Assembly: GCA_027021445.1 (NCBI GenBank)
Contig: JALUUH010000130.1
Coordinates: forward strand, 16,872-80,871
Origin: Gammaproteobacteria bacterium
GTDB taxonomy: Bacteria > Pseudomonadota > Gammaproteobacteria > S012-40
Reading direction: 5' to 3'
DNA length: 64,000 nt
Position 1 is the first letter of the stretch. The number at the start of each line of letters is the position of its first letter. A model generated the notes under the pieces. That model did not search any database. It was given only the letters and a program-made list of their open reading frames with translations, and was not told the DNA's origin. The position numbers and the translations under genes are program-made. This document shows positions 22,933 through 32,403 of the stretch, piece after piece.

Positions 22933-24455
22933 AGGAGATTTTGCAAGCCTTAAATTTGTCTGCGGATAATATTGTGACTTGCCTAGGCCCTAAGCAGTGG
23001 ATCGATAATGACAAAGCTGACCGCATTGAATCGATCAGCCCCGCAAGCAATGAAGTAATTGCTTGCGTGCAGTGTACGACGAATGAGGATTATGACGCGG
23101 TGATTGCCAATGCAAAACACGCTCAAATCGCTTGGGCGAAAGTGCCTGCGCCACAACGTGGCGAAGTAGTGCGACGGATTGGTAACGCCTTACGCGATAA
23201 AAAAGCGGCCTTAGGAAGTTTGGTTGCTTTAGAAATGGGCAAGATCAAGCAAGAGGGCGATGGCGAAGTTCAAGAAATGATTGATATGGCTGATTTAGCT
23301 GTGGGTCAATCGCGCATGCTTTATGGTCAAACCATGCATTCTGAGCGCCCTATGCACCGCATGTATGAGCAATGGCATCCACTCGGTGTGGTTGGAGTCA
23401 TTTCTGCGTTTAATTTTCCGGTAGCGGTATGGGCGTGGAATGCCTTTATTGCTGCGATTTGCGGTAACACGGTCGTATGGAAGCCTTCAGCTAAGACCGC
23501 ATTATGTGCCATTGCGGTTCAACATATTTGTAACGATGTTATGCAAGAAATGGGATATAGCGGTATTTTTTCTTTATTCTTGCCTGCCGATCATAATATT
23601 TCTGCGCGATTTATTGCTGATCGCCGCGTGGCGTTAATGTCTTTTACAGGCTCTAGCCAGGTTGGTCACTTTGTCGCAAAAACCGTCGCTGGTCGCATGG
23701 GGCGCTATCTACTCGAGTGTAGTGGTAATAATGCCATTATTGTAGACGAAACAGCTGATTTAGATTTAGCGATTCCTGCTATTGTATTTGGTGCGGTGGG
23801 AACAACAGGGCAGCGTTGCACGACCACCCGTCGTTTATTTGCCCAGCGACATATCTATGATGAATTGTTATCGCGACTAAAAAATGCTTATGCTCAAGTA
23901 GTGGTTGGCAATCCGCTAGACAGTTCGACATTAATGGGGCCGTTGATTGATGAAGCCGCAGTGCAAACGTATGAACTCGCCATTGAAAAGGCGACTTCTG
24001 AAGGTGGCAATGTTCTTCTGGGTGGAAAAAGAAAATCAGGCACCGGTTTTTTTGTAGAACCCACCTTAATTGAAGTACAACATCAAAGCGAAATCGTTTG
24101 CGATGAAACATTTGCACCTATTTTGTACATACTCAAATACCAGGATTTAGCACAAGCAATCGAAATGCAAAACGCGGTACCACAAGGTTTATCATCTGCC
24201 TTTTTTACCAACAATGTTAGCAATGCCGAAACTTTTTTATCGGTTCAGGGCAGCGACTGTGGCATTGCCAATATTAATATCGGAACTTCGGGTGCAGAAA
24301 TCGGTGGTGCTTTTGGTGGTGAGAAAGAAACCGGTGGTGGCAGAGAGGCGGGGTCTGATAGTTGGAAAGCCTATATGCGCAGACAAACCAATACGATTAA
24401 TTGGGGAAGCGATTTACCCTTGGCGCAAGGTATTCAATTTGATCTTGGAAAATAA
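22929..24455 (+). CDS. amaB: ALDH7-family aldehyde dehydrogenase (alpha-aminoadipic semialdehyde / piperideine-6-carboxylate dehydrogenase)
   Basis: [28 protein letters not shown]...[23 protein letters not shown] is collinear with the antiquitin (ALDH7A1) signature region. Catalytic Cys context ECSGNNA. Confidence 0.88.
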   Translation: MKEILQALNLSADNIVTCLGPKQWIDNDKADRIESISPASNEVIACVQCTTNEDYDAVIANAKHAQIAWAKVPAPQRGEVVRRIGNALRDKKAALGSLVALEMGKIKQEGDGEVQEMIDMADLAVGQSRMLYGQTMHSERPMHRMYEQWHPLGVVGVISAFNFPVAVWAWNAFIAAICGNTVVWKPSAKTALCAIAVQHICNDVMQEMGYSGIFSLFLPADHNISARFIADRRVALMSFTGSSQVGHFVAKTVAGRMGRYLLECSGNNAIIVDETADLDLAIPAIVFGAVGTTGQRCTTTRRLFAQRHIYDELLSRLKNAYAQVVVGNPLDSSTLMGPLIDEAAVQTYELAIEKATSEGGNVLLGGKRKSGTGFFVEPTLIEVQHQSEIVCDETFAPILYILKYQDLAQAIEMQNAVPQGLSSAFFTNNVSNAETFLSVQGSDCGIANINIGTSGAEIGGAFGGEKETGGGREAGSDSWKAYMRRQTNTINWGSDLPLAQGIQFDLGK

Positions 24456-24583
24456 CAAGCCGCTTATCCTCATTTGCAATCGGTTGAATTAAAGACTGTG
24501 ATGCACTTCACACAAATTATACTTAGCTTCAAACAATAACACGTCGATCTTAACTCTAGGCTATTAACCAGAGTTGTCTATCG

Positions 24584-24964
24584 ATGTTGGAGAGAAAATT
24601 ACAGTTTGTTCTAATGGTTGCTGTGTTTTGTTTGCTTTCCTCAAAAGTTAACGCGGAATGGGATTGGAGTGATACAGCAGTTGAAAGCATGTACTTCGCA
24701 GCTCATATAACCGACTGGGGACAAACACGTGATATTGCACGCCAATGTGGCGAGGGTCTTTATGCTGAAACTAATCCTATTATTGGGAGATGTCCTAGTA
24801 TCGGCAGAGTTAACACTTATTTTTTCGCAACGGCTTTATTACATGCGGGTATTGCAACAATATTACCCAAAAAATACCGTAGAATGTTTCAAGTTGGTAC
24901 GCTGGGTATGCAAATCGCTTATATTTCCAATAATGCCAATATTGGACTTAAAGTGAGTTTTTAA
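24584..24964 (+). CDS. hypothetical exported/membrane protein
   Basis: Signal peptide ending KVNA-EW. Motifs HITDWGQT and ETNPIIG, one hydrophobic helix, C-terminal GLKVSF. No family recognised and no clear SD. Confidence 0.45.
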   Translation: MLERKLQFVLMVAVFCLLSSKVNAEWDWSDTAVESMYFAAHITDWGQTRDIARQCGEGLYAETNPIIGRCPSIGRVNTYFFATALLHAGIATILPKKYRRMFQVGTLGMQIAYISNNANIGLKVSF

Positions 24965-25028
24965 TTTTTCAGCTACAACACGAAGGCTAAAATAATTACG
25001 AATACCCTCCTCAGGTCTCACAAAATAT

Positions 25029-25754
25029 TTATTCCATAATTTTTATGAGCACGACAGTTATATTATCTTTTCCACCTTTTCGTTTTGCTTTAAAAATTAA
25101 ACTATCAGCAATTTCAGATAACACATCAAATTTATTAAATGAATCCAGTATAATTTGATCATCAATGAGGTCGGTGAGGCCGTCGGAACAAATTAAGAAT
25201 ATATCATTGGGTTTCCAGCGATCTGATACCACATCAACTTCACGATCTTTCATATGGCCAACTGCACGATAAATAATATTTTTGGATTCTTTGGTAGGGC
25301 TGTTGGTAAATGCGCTGTCTAAATCGATATTGATTTCAGTCGATCCTGGTTCACAGGTATGGTCTGATGTCAGTTGACGGATGGTATTATTTCTGATGAG
25401 GTATGTGCGACTATCGCCTATATGTCCGACAATATAATGATGCTCACTAAAAGTTAATAAATCAGCCGTACAGCCCATTCCTTGTGCACCGCGGTTAATC
25501 CGGGAATAATCATTAATATTGCGATTAGCGGAGACAAAACTTTGGATAAGTTTTTGCTCTTGACTGGCTTCAAGTTTTTCAAAAACGGCTTCACTGCTCT
25601 TAATGAATATATGGCTTGCAAGTTCGCCAGCAACAGCTCCTCCCATTCCATCAGCGACTACAAAATAAGGAACGTCTTTGCGCACGAGAAAATCATCTTC
25701 ATTATCATGACGCATACGCCCAAGATCAGTTTTTCCAATGGCTTCTAGATTCAC
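25029..25754 (-). CDS. PP2C-family Ser/Thr protein phosphatase
   Basis: Motifs RHDNEDDF, VADGMGG, CSDGLTD, GGKDNITV. 11 nt downstream of lpxH. Confidence 0.88.
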   Translation of the reverse strand: MNLEAIGKTDLGRMRHDNEDDFLVRKDVPYFVVADGMGGAVAGELASHIFIKSSEAVFEKLEASQEQKLIQSFVSANRNINDYSRINRGAQGMGCTADLLTFSEHHYIVGHIGDSRTYLIRNNTIRQLTSDHTCEPGSTEINIDLDSAFTNSPTKESKNIIYRAVGHMKDREVDVVSDRWKPNDIFLICSDGLTDLIDDQIILDSFNKFDVLSEIADSLIFKAKRKGGKDNITVVLIKIME

Positions 25755-25765
25755 AGTTTTTCCTC

Positions 25766-26509
25766 TTATGCGTTGACGCGTGGGTCATCTAGATGGTATT
25801 TGTTTTTAGTGACCGTTAATACGCTTATTGCATCTACCCAATCCCCTAAGACATAACGCTGGATGCTTGTATGGTTAGTGCTAATAGTGCCAATTTCTGG
25901 TCGATGTGTATGCCCATGAATAAGTTGTTTTACTCGATATTTCTCGCAATAGCTTTTTATAGTCGCTAAATTAGCGTCCATAATGATATCCGCTTTTTGT
26001 GCGGTTTGTTGCATGCTTTCAGCGCGAGTTTTTTTCGCTAATTCTATTCTTTGATTGCTAGGCAATGCAAGAAATTGTTGTTGCCATTCTGGCTGACGTA
26101 CTTGTTTTCTGAAAGCCATATAATTATGATCATCGGTACACAATAAATCACCATGTAATAATAAAGTGGGTATACCATATAATTCGATAATTATCGGATC
26201 AGCCAAAATTTCAAATCCCGTTAAGTTTGAAAATTGGGCACCGACAAGAAAGTCTCTATTTCCGGGGATAAAATACAAATTTAACTGTCGTGACAATTTC
26301 TTGAAAAGATTTAACACTGGCATATAACTGGGATGGATTAAATCATCCCCAAGCCAAACTTCAAATAAATCTCCCATTACATAAATATCAGTGATTTCAT
26401 CTCCGATCTGCTGGAGGTAATTGAGCAATAGGGTGCTGAGCTTTGGCCTGTTTTCCGATAAATGTATATCAGAAAAAAAAAGCGTAGACCCGCCTTTTTC
26501 TCGAATCAT
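25766..26509 (-). CDS. lpxH: UDP-2,3-diacylglucosamine diphosphatase
   Basis: Metallophosphoesterase motifs FFSDIHL, GDLFEVWLGDD, GNRDF, HGHTH. ppi-lpxH adjacency as in E. coli. Confidence 0.92.
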   Translation of the reverse strand: MIREKGGSTLFFSDIHLSENRPKLSTLLLNYLQQIGDEITDIYVMGDLFEVWLGDDLIHPSYMPVLNLFKKLSRQLNLYFIPGNRDFLVGAQFSNLTGFEILADPIIIELYGIPTLLLHGDLLCTDDHNYMAFRKQVRQPEWQQQFLALPSNQRIELAKKTRAESMQQTAQKADIIMDANLATIKSYCEKYRVKQLIHGHTHRPEIGTISTNHTSIQRYVLGDWVDAISVLTVTKNKYHLDDPRVNA

Positions 26510-26522
26510 AGTGGAGTTATGC

Positions 26523-27113
26523 TTATTCAGCAGTTACTAAAGATGCTTTTTCAATAATAATCGCTTTATGCGGAACATCTTTACCAAACGGCCCACCTGG
26601 CCCCGTTCGTTGCTTGCGTATTTTGTCAACGACATCCATACCGCTGATGACTTTCGCAAAGACGGTATATCCCCAACCACGGGTTGTTTGTGCACGAAAA
26701 TCGAGAAAATTATTGTCAACAACATTAATAAAAAATTGTGCAGTAGCTGAGTGCGGATCTGATGTTCTGGCCATTGCGACGGTGCCACGAGTATTTTTCA
26801 GGCGGTTATTGGCCTCGTTTTCTATTTCAGGTTTAGTTTTTTTCTTTTTAAAATCCTGGGTAAATCCCCCGCCTTGAACCATGAAGTTTGAAATAACACG
26901 GTGAAAGATTGTTCCGTCGTAAAAACCACTGTTGACATAATCCACAAAATTAGCCACTGTCTTGGGTGCTTTTTGATCGTTGAGTTCTATGATAATGTCC
27001 CCCATATTGGTTTGCAGTTTAACTTTTGTTAATGCCTCTTCAGCAAAGGCCGCTGGGATGAATGTGAATAATAGCGTGATTCCTAGTAATATCGCTCGAA
27101 TGTTTAATGACAT
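26523..27113 (-). CDS. ppiA: periplasmic cyclophilin-type peptidyl-prolyl isomerase
   Basis: Signal peptide (AAFA-EE) and cyclophilin core FHRVISNFMVQGGGF. Confidence 0.92.
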   Translation of the reverse strand: MSLNIRAILLGITLLFTFIPAAFAEEALTKVKLQTNMGDIIIELNDQKAPKTVANFVDYVNSGFYDGTIFHRVISNFMVQGGGFTQDFKKKKTKPEIENEANNRLKNTRGTVAMARTSDPHSATAQFFINVVDNNFLDFRAQTTRGWGYTVFAKVISGMDVVDKIRKQRTGPGGPFGKDVPHKAIIIEKASLVTAE

Positions 27114-27303
27114 TTTGCCTCCCTTAATTTATCGATACTTCAATCAAATACGTTGTAATATATAGGTTTTTAATGACAACAGGAAGAGTGATTATAAAGC
27201 AATATTCAGTATTTGTTTTGCTTGATTATTATACACAATTGAATCATGACAGACTTTAAGTTCAGGCTAAGTGCCAAATGGAAATCTAAGAGATTAAACG
27301 GAA

Positions 27304-29577
27304 TTGAAAGTAAAAACCATTAAAAATATAATACTATTATCTGTAGTAACAGGTGTCGTTTTTTTTCTCGTTTATCTCAATACTCTTGATCAGAAAATAC
27401 AGCGTTTATTTGACGGTGCCCGGTGGGAAGTACCCTCACGTGTTTATGCGCGGCCCTTGGAGTTGTATGAGGGAAAATCCTTATCGCGGTCAGAACTGCT
27501 GACAGAATTAAAACTGTTAAATTATCGTAAAGTCAACAGCCTGAATACTCCTGGGGAGTATTTTATCGATGGGAATAAGGTGATCATTTTTAGTCGAAAG
27601 TTTGACTATCCCGATGGTTCCGAACCTCAGCAGATTTTTCAAATTTTCTTTGAAAAATCAAAAATTACTCAAATACTGAACCGAAATGGAAAAAACTTTA
27701 AAAAATTATTACGTCTAGAGCCTGCTTTTATTGGCGGAATCTATCCAAAAAAACTGGAAGACCGGGTTTTAGTTAATATTAATAAAGTTCCCAGCTTTTT
27801 GTTAGAAACATTGATCGCTGTCGAAGACAGAAAATTTTATTCACACGCCGGTGTTTCTTTTTTATCGATTATTAGAGCCGCCATTGCAAATATTAAAGCG
27901 GGCTCTAGAGTGCAAGGTGGAAGTACCTTAACCCAGCAACTCGTAAAGAACTTTTTTCTCAGTAATGAAAAAACATTTATGCGAAAAATTAATGAAGCAT
28001 TTATGGCCATTATTTTAGAAATCAGATACGCAAAGGATGAAATATTAGAAGCCTATTTAAATGAGGTCTATCTGGGGCAACAAGGTCGATTGGCTATTCA
28101 TGGTTTTGGTTTAGCCAGTTATTTCTATTTTGCGAAACCTCTAGAAGAACTAAGTAAAGGTGAAATAGCATTTATGGTGGGGTTGGTAAAAGGTCCCTCA
28201 TATTATGACCCTAGGCGTTTCCCAGATAGAGCTAAAACGAGAAGAAATATTGTTTTGAGCACGCTCGTTGAAATTAATCTTATGAGTGATGAAGAAGCAA
28301 AAAAATATCAAATTCAAGCGATTAAAGTACAGTCGAAGAAAACGTCTGCCTTAGTGCTTTATCCTGCTTTTATTGATTTGGTCAAACGGCAGTTAAAAAG
28401 TAATTATCCCGAAGAAGTATTAAAAAGCGAAGGACTTATTATTTACACGGGCCTTGATCCCATTTTACAAAAAAATGCAGAAAAAACCTTATTAAAACAG
28501 CTAAAACACTTAGATAAAAATGTAGGGTCAATCGATGACCCCCTACAAGCTGCGATTATTATTGCGGAAAATGGTACCGGAGAAGTACAAGCCATTGTCG
28601 GTGGACGACAAACCAAATCTTTGGGTTTTAATCGCGCCTTAGATGCACGGCGTCCTATTGGTTCTTTGGTGAAACCCGCAGTATATTTGACGGCATTATC
28701 GCGCCCTGAAGAATATAATTTGGTTTCATTAATAGATGACAGTCGGTTTATCTATCGGCCTGAATTTGGCGATGAATGGGTACCTAAAAATTATGATGGT
28801 CTTTATCATGGGGAAGTACCGCTATATATTGCGTTAGCGTCCTCTTATAATGTTGCTACAGTGCGTTTAGGCTTGAATCTCGGTCTAGAAAATGTTGTGG
28901 CGACCTTGAAAAAACTGGATATTGAGATTGACAGTGAAATATATCCCTCATTATTGCTCGGATCGATCGATATTACACCGTTGGAAGTACTAAAGATGTA
29001 TCACATTATTTCTTCAGATGGATTTGATACACCTCTGCAAGCCATTCGCTGGGTAACAAATTCGGATGGTGAGGTGAAAAATAGGTATCCGGTGCACACC
29101 ATTCAAAAACTGAAACCTGAACCAGCATATTTAATTAAACAGGCTTTAAACCAAGTAGTGTCGCTAGGGACTGCTAGAAAATTGCCCCATTTATTAAAGT
29201 CTGAAGTGAGTGTTGCTGGAAAAACGGGGACCACAAATGATTTAAAAGACAGTTGGTTTGCAGGATTTACAGCCAATAAAACAGCTGTTGTTTGGATCGG
29301 TACCGATCAAAATTCGACAACCGGATTAACCGGTTCCAGCGGTGCAATGCGTGTTTGGGCAGACATTATGAATCAAACGACAATCCGGAGTATTGATTTA
29401 AAGCCTCCGCCTGGAATAATATTTTTACCGATTAATATCGAAAATGGATTGCTTTCTAAAAAAAACTGCAGCAGTGCTATGATCATTCCTATCTATAAGG
29501 ATTATTCACCTAAAAAAGAAGCTAAGTGTTTTTCGGCAAGGTCAAAAAAGAATTTCTCTAATTGGTTGAATAGATGA
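27304..29577 (+). CDS. mrcB: bifunctional penicillin-binding protein 1B
   Basis: N-terminal TM, UB2H-like region, glycosyltransferase motifs EDRKFYSHAGV and GGSTLTQQL, transpeptidase motifs SLVKP, SYN, KTGT. TTG start. Confidence 0.93.
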   Translation: MKVKTIKNIILLSVVTGVVFFLVYLNTLDQKIQRLFDGARWEVPSRVYARPLELYEGKSLSRSELLTELKLLNYRKVNSLNTPGEYFIDGNKVIIFSRKFDYPDGSEPQQIFQIFFEKSKITQILNRNGKNFKKLLRLEPAFIGGIYPKKLEDRVLVNINKVPSFLLETLIAVEDRKFYSHAGVSFLSIIRAAIANIKAGSRVQGGSTLTQQLVKNFFLSNEKTFMRKINEAFMAIILEIRYAKDEILEAYLNEVYLGQQGRLAIHGFGLASYFYFAKPLEELSKGEIAFMVGLVKGPSYYDPRRFPDRAKTRRNIVLSTLVEINLMSDEEAKKYQIQAIKVQSKKTSALVLYPAFIDLVKRQLKSNYPEEVLKSEGLIIYTGLDPILQKNAEKTLLKQLKHLDKNVGSIDDPLQAAIIIAENGTGEVQAIVGGRQTKSLGFNRALDARRPIGSLVKPAVYLTALSRPEEYNLVSLIDDSRFIYRPEFGDEWVPKNYDGLYHGEVPLYIALASSYNVATVRLGLNLGLENVVATLKKLDIEIDSEIYPSLLLGSIDITPLEVLKMYHIISSDGFDTPLQAIRWVTNSDGEVKNRYPVHTIQKLKPEPAYLIKQALNQVVSLGTARKLPHLLKSEVSVAGKTGTTNDLKDSWFAGFTANKTAVVWIGTDQNSTTGLTGSSGAMRVWADIMNQTTIRSIDLKPPPGIIFLPINIENGLLSKKNCSSAMIIPIYKDYSPKKEAKCFSARSKKNFSNWLNR

Positions 29578-29954
29578 TGAAAATAACGCTCACTATTTTA
29601 TTGCTCGTTTTATATAGCTCTTGTGCTACTCACAAACCTCAGGTATTCAAAACGGAAAAAACAGAAGAACCGGCACAGCAAATTTCTGGTTTGAGTTATT
29701 TAATCGATGAAATAGACCTGGCAATTCAGCGTAACAGGTTTGATAGAGCTGCAGAGATTGCTCAGCGAGGATTGCGAATAACACCAGATAATGCAGTGTT
29801 ATGGCAGCGTCTTGCCTTGGTTGAATTAAAATTGGGAAACTATGCACAAGCTGAGCAAAATGCATTAAGGTCGATTCGGTTTTCTTCTGAAAATCGTGAA
29901 CTGATTGGAATAAATAATCATCTAATCGCGGAAGCGAGAGCATTGTCGGACTAA
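29574..29954 (+). CDS. small TPR lipoprotein, LpoP-like candidate PBP1b activator
   Basis: Signal peptide ending LVLYSSC (lipobox-like), TPR-like helices (AVLWQRLALVELKLGNYAQAEQNALRSI). ATGA overlap with the mrcB stop. Confidence 0.6.
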   Translation: MMKITLTILLLVLYSSCATHKPQVFKTEKTEEPAQQISGLSYLIDEIDLAIQRNRFDRAAEIAQRGLRITPDNAVLWQRLALVELKLGNYAQAEQNALRSIRFSSENRELIGINNHLIAEARALSD

Positions 29955-29968
29955 ATTTAAACTTGAGT

Positions 29969-30238
29969 TCAGGTGTTTTTTCGTTTTAGCTCAATAAATT
30001 GTATGGCATCTTTTACCGCCTTACTTACTTTATCTTCTATTTCTTTGCGCTCAACCGGCGAAAGATAGAACAGCATATCGACTGCATGGCAAACATATCT
30101 TGGCGGCAAGTGGTTGAGTGCTACACATGCGATATCAGCAAAATAGTCTTGATTGTATTTTTTCGGTGATCCTAATGTTCTTTTGATTTCTTCAATGACT
30201 AATCTTTCGTAGTAATTGTGGAAGTTATCGCAGCTCAT
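29969..30238 (-). CDS. ComFB-family protein
   Basis: 89 aa. NYYERLVIEEI...DIACVALNHLPPRYV matches the ComFB ALNxLPPxY pattern. Confidence 0.7.
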   Translation of the reverse strand: MSCDNFHNYYERLVIEEIKRTLGSPKKYNQDYFADIACVALNHLPPRYVCHAVDMLFYLSPVERKEIEDKVSKAVKDAIQFIELKRKNT

Positions 30239-30425
30239 TCAAGTCTCCTTGCTCGTTGCCAATATAAATGACAACTATGGGTTTTTTCTTTCCTAGAGGG
30301 CCTCTTTATTGAGTAATAGCCCTGAAATTTCGATAAAGTTTTATATGTATTATGTTCATGGTAACGTTCTAGCTTATTCATGCCTTTAGTTTTATTACGA
30401 TTGCAAGTGATGGTTGGGTTAAAAT

Positions 30426-30893
30426 ATGGAGTTTGGAGTGAATATGAAAAAATTACCGCTTATTAAACATGTAATGACTCCATTTCCTTATTGGGTTAAC
30501 GCTGATTCTACGGTCGCAGATGCTAAAAAACTGTTGGATCAACACGGAATAGGGCACTTACCGGTTAAAGAAGGTGAGCGCCATTGCAATATTATTGGAA
30601 TTATTGCTAAGAATGACGTGAGAGTGACTGAAGAGGCTAAGTCTAAAGGTTTGGGTTCACCTATCGAGGACCTTAAGGTGGTCGACATTTGCACACTTAG
30701 TCCTTATATAGTAGATATATTAGAGCCTTTACCTAATGTATTGGTTCACATGGCTAACCATCATATAGGCTCCGCTATTGTTACTAAAGAGGGTAGGTTA
30801 GCAGGCGTATTTACCGCCCATGATGCGTGTCGAACTTTTGCCGATTATCTCAATGATCAGTTCATTATACCTTCGGGCAATGATGTCGCGTAA
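30426..30893 (+). CDS. CBS-pair domain protein
   Basis: Two CBS motifs (VMTPFPYWVNADSTVADAKKLLDQHGIGHLPV and HIGSAIVTKEGRLAGVFTAHD). Alternative start ATG 30444. Confidence 0.8.
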   Translation: MEFGVNMKKLPLIKHVMTPFPYWVNADSTVADAKKLLDQHGIGHLPVKEGERHCNIIGIIAKNDVRVTEEAKSKGLGSPIEDLKVVDICTLSPYIVDILEPLPNVLVHMANHHIGSAIVTKEGRLAGVFTAHDACRTFADYLNDQFIIPSGNDVA

Positions 30894-30912
30894 TGCTCCT
30901 AGAATTCGCAAT

Positions 30913-31908
30913 TTAGTTAAATTTTTCTTTGTTTCGAGTCGCCCATAATTTATTTGCCATATTCTGAGATTCGTTTTGACTCAGCTCTGGGTTCATTAGT
31001 TTTAAAATAATTGCAGTGGTTCCGGTAATGGAAGCTAATCCATATTCATTCTTATTTGAACCGTTCCATAGCAATTTAAGTTGGAGAATATCCATCTCAG
31101 TATCTTTGAGGTGGCGAGGCCCGTCAAACATGGGCGGCCATTCCTCTTGTGTTAACACCTTCTCGTGCACACTTTTTACTATTACCGGAGAATCTGGGTT
31201 GCGTTCAACTTCGCCGCCTTCCCCTTTAAGCACGGCCATGTGGGGGCGATCAAGCAGCAGCGCGGCTTGTTGATGAATATCACTATAAGTAGGATGAAAT
31301 ATGCCGACAATTTCATGTTTGGCTTGTAGCGGGTTTAACATGCGAGCAATGGTATGCACCGGAGACCGCAAGCCGAGTAAGGGGCGCATGTTGATAATCT
31401 CATGGATCGTTGGGCTTAGAAACTCAAGAGAGAGATAGGCAAAATTATTCGTTGCGAGCTTGTTCACCGCTGCTTTCAATGATGTGCTTTCTGCAATTCC
31501 AAGCGCTGCTAAAGTTTCACGGGTGTATAGTCGTCCCTGAGTATGGCCTTCCGTACCATGCATGAAAACTTTATATCCGTGGTCTGCAAGTAATAATGCA
31601 GAAAGTATATACCACGGCAGTTGCCTTCTTTTTCCTGCATAGGACGACCAATCAAGGTCTATATGAGGAAGCGTGCTTGGAACTTCAAGAGAGGCTTTTA
31701 TCGCGTTGACAAAACCTGCAATTTCTTCAGAAGTTTCTTCTTTTACCCGCAAGAGCATAAGAAACGCACCTAGCTGGCATGGCTCTACATCGCCTTGCAA
31801 AATCATCTGCATAGATAAATAGGCCTCAGCTTGAGTGAGTCCACGTGAGCCGCGTTTTCCTTTCCCTAATATTCGGATATAAGGGGCGAAAAGGTGTTCA
31901 GTTATCAT
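30913..31908 (-). CDS. TrpD2 / YbiB-like protein (glycosyl transferase family 3 fold, anthranilate phosphoribosyltransferase paralog)
   Basis: Collinear with E. coli YbiB (ILGKGKRGSRGLT vs IGRGKNHARDL, LRVKEETSEEIAGF, HGTEG, RSPVHTIARMLNP, LKGEGGE). Confidence 0.75.
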   Translation of the reverse strand: MITEHLFAPYIRILGKGKRGSRGLTQAEAYLSMQMILQGDVEPCQLGAFLMLLRVKEETSEEIAGFVNAIKASLEVPSTLPHIDLDWSSYAGKRRQLPWYILSALLLADHGYKVFMHGTEGHTQGRLYTRETLAALGIAESTSLKAAVNKLATNNFAYLSLEFLSPTIHEIINMRPLLGLRSPVHTIARMLNPLQAKHEIVGIFHPTYSDIHQQAALLLDRPHMAVLKGEGGEVERNPDSPVIVKSVHEKVLTQEEWPPMFDGPRHLKDTEMDILQLKLLWNGSNKNEYGLASITGTTAIILKLMNPELSQNESQNMANKLWATRNKEKFN

Positions 31909-31935
31909 TATATTCTGGCATCTTAAAACCGTGGA

Positions 31936-32376
31936 TCATGATTCCCTAATTTTTATTGCCAATACATCGCACGGTGCTCCATGTAATACAGCATTTGCGG
32001 TAGAGCCAAGTAGTCTTGAAAGCCCATGTCGTCCATGGGTTCCTAGTATGATTAAATCTATGCTATTGCTTTTAGCGGTATTTATTATTTCATGTTTGGT
32101 GGATCCAATTGTTGTTATCATTTGCACTGCGTTAATATTAAGCCGTTTTATAGTTTCTGCTTGAAAAGATTTTGAATGTTCTACAAGATTTTTTTCCATT
32201 TCTGCTGAAGCTAATGAAAATGCTTCATAAGTGTTGTCAATAATTAGAGGTTCAATGACATGGATAATAGAAAGTGTGCAGTTAAATACTTTTGCAAACG
32301 TATTAGCTTTTTTCAGTATTAAGTCAGCTTCTTTTGAAATATCTATAGCAACTAATATTTTAGTATATTCAGTCAT
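31936..32376 (-). CDS. universal stress protein (UspA family)
   Basis: 146 aa. ILVAID...IIHV...DLIILGTHGRHGLSRLLGSTANAVLHGAPCDVLA. Confidence 0.9.
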   Translation of the reverse strand: MTEYTKILVAIDISKEADLILKKANTFAKVFNCTLSIIHVIEPLIIDNTYEAFSLASAEMEKNLVEHSKSFQAETIKRLNINAVQMITTIGSTKHEIINTAKSNSIDLIILGTHGRHGLSRLLGSTANAVLHGAPCDVLAIKIRES

Positions 32377-32403
32377 AGCTAGTCCTTGCGCATAATTAAA
32401 AAG

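Noticed and set aside
18185-24964. Idea that the region downstream of tRNA-fMet (chemoreceptor, lysine cluster, orphan ORF) is a tRNA-targeted genomic island
   Set aside because: I found no integrase, no direct repeat of the tRNA 3' end downstream and no mobility genes.
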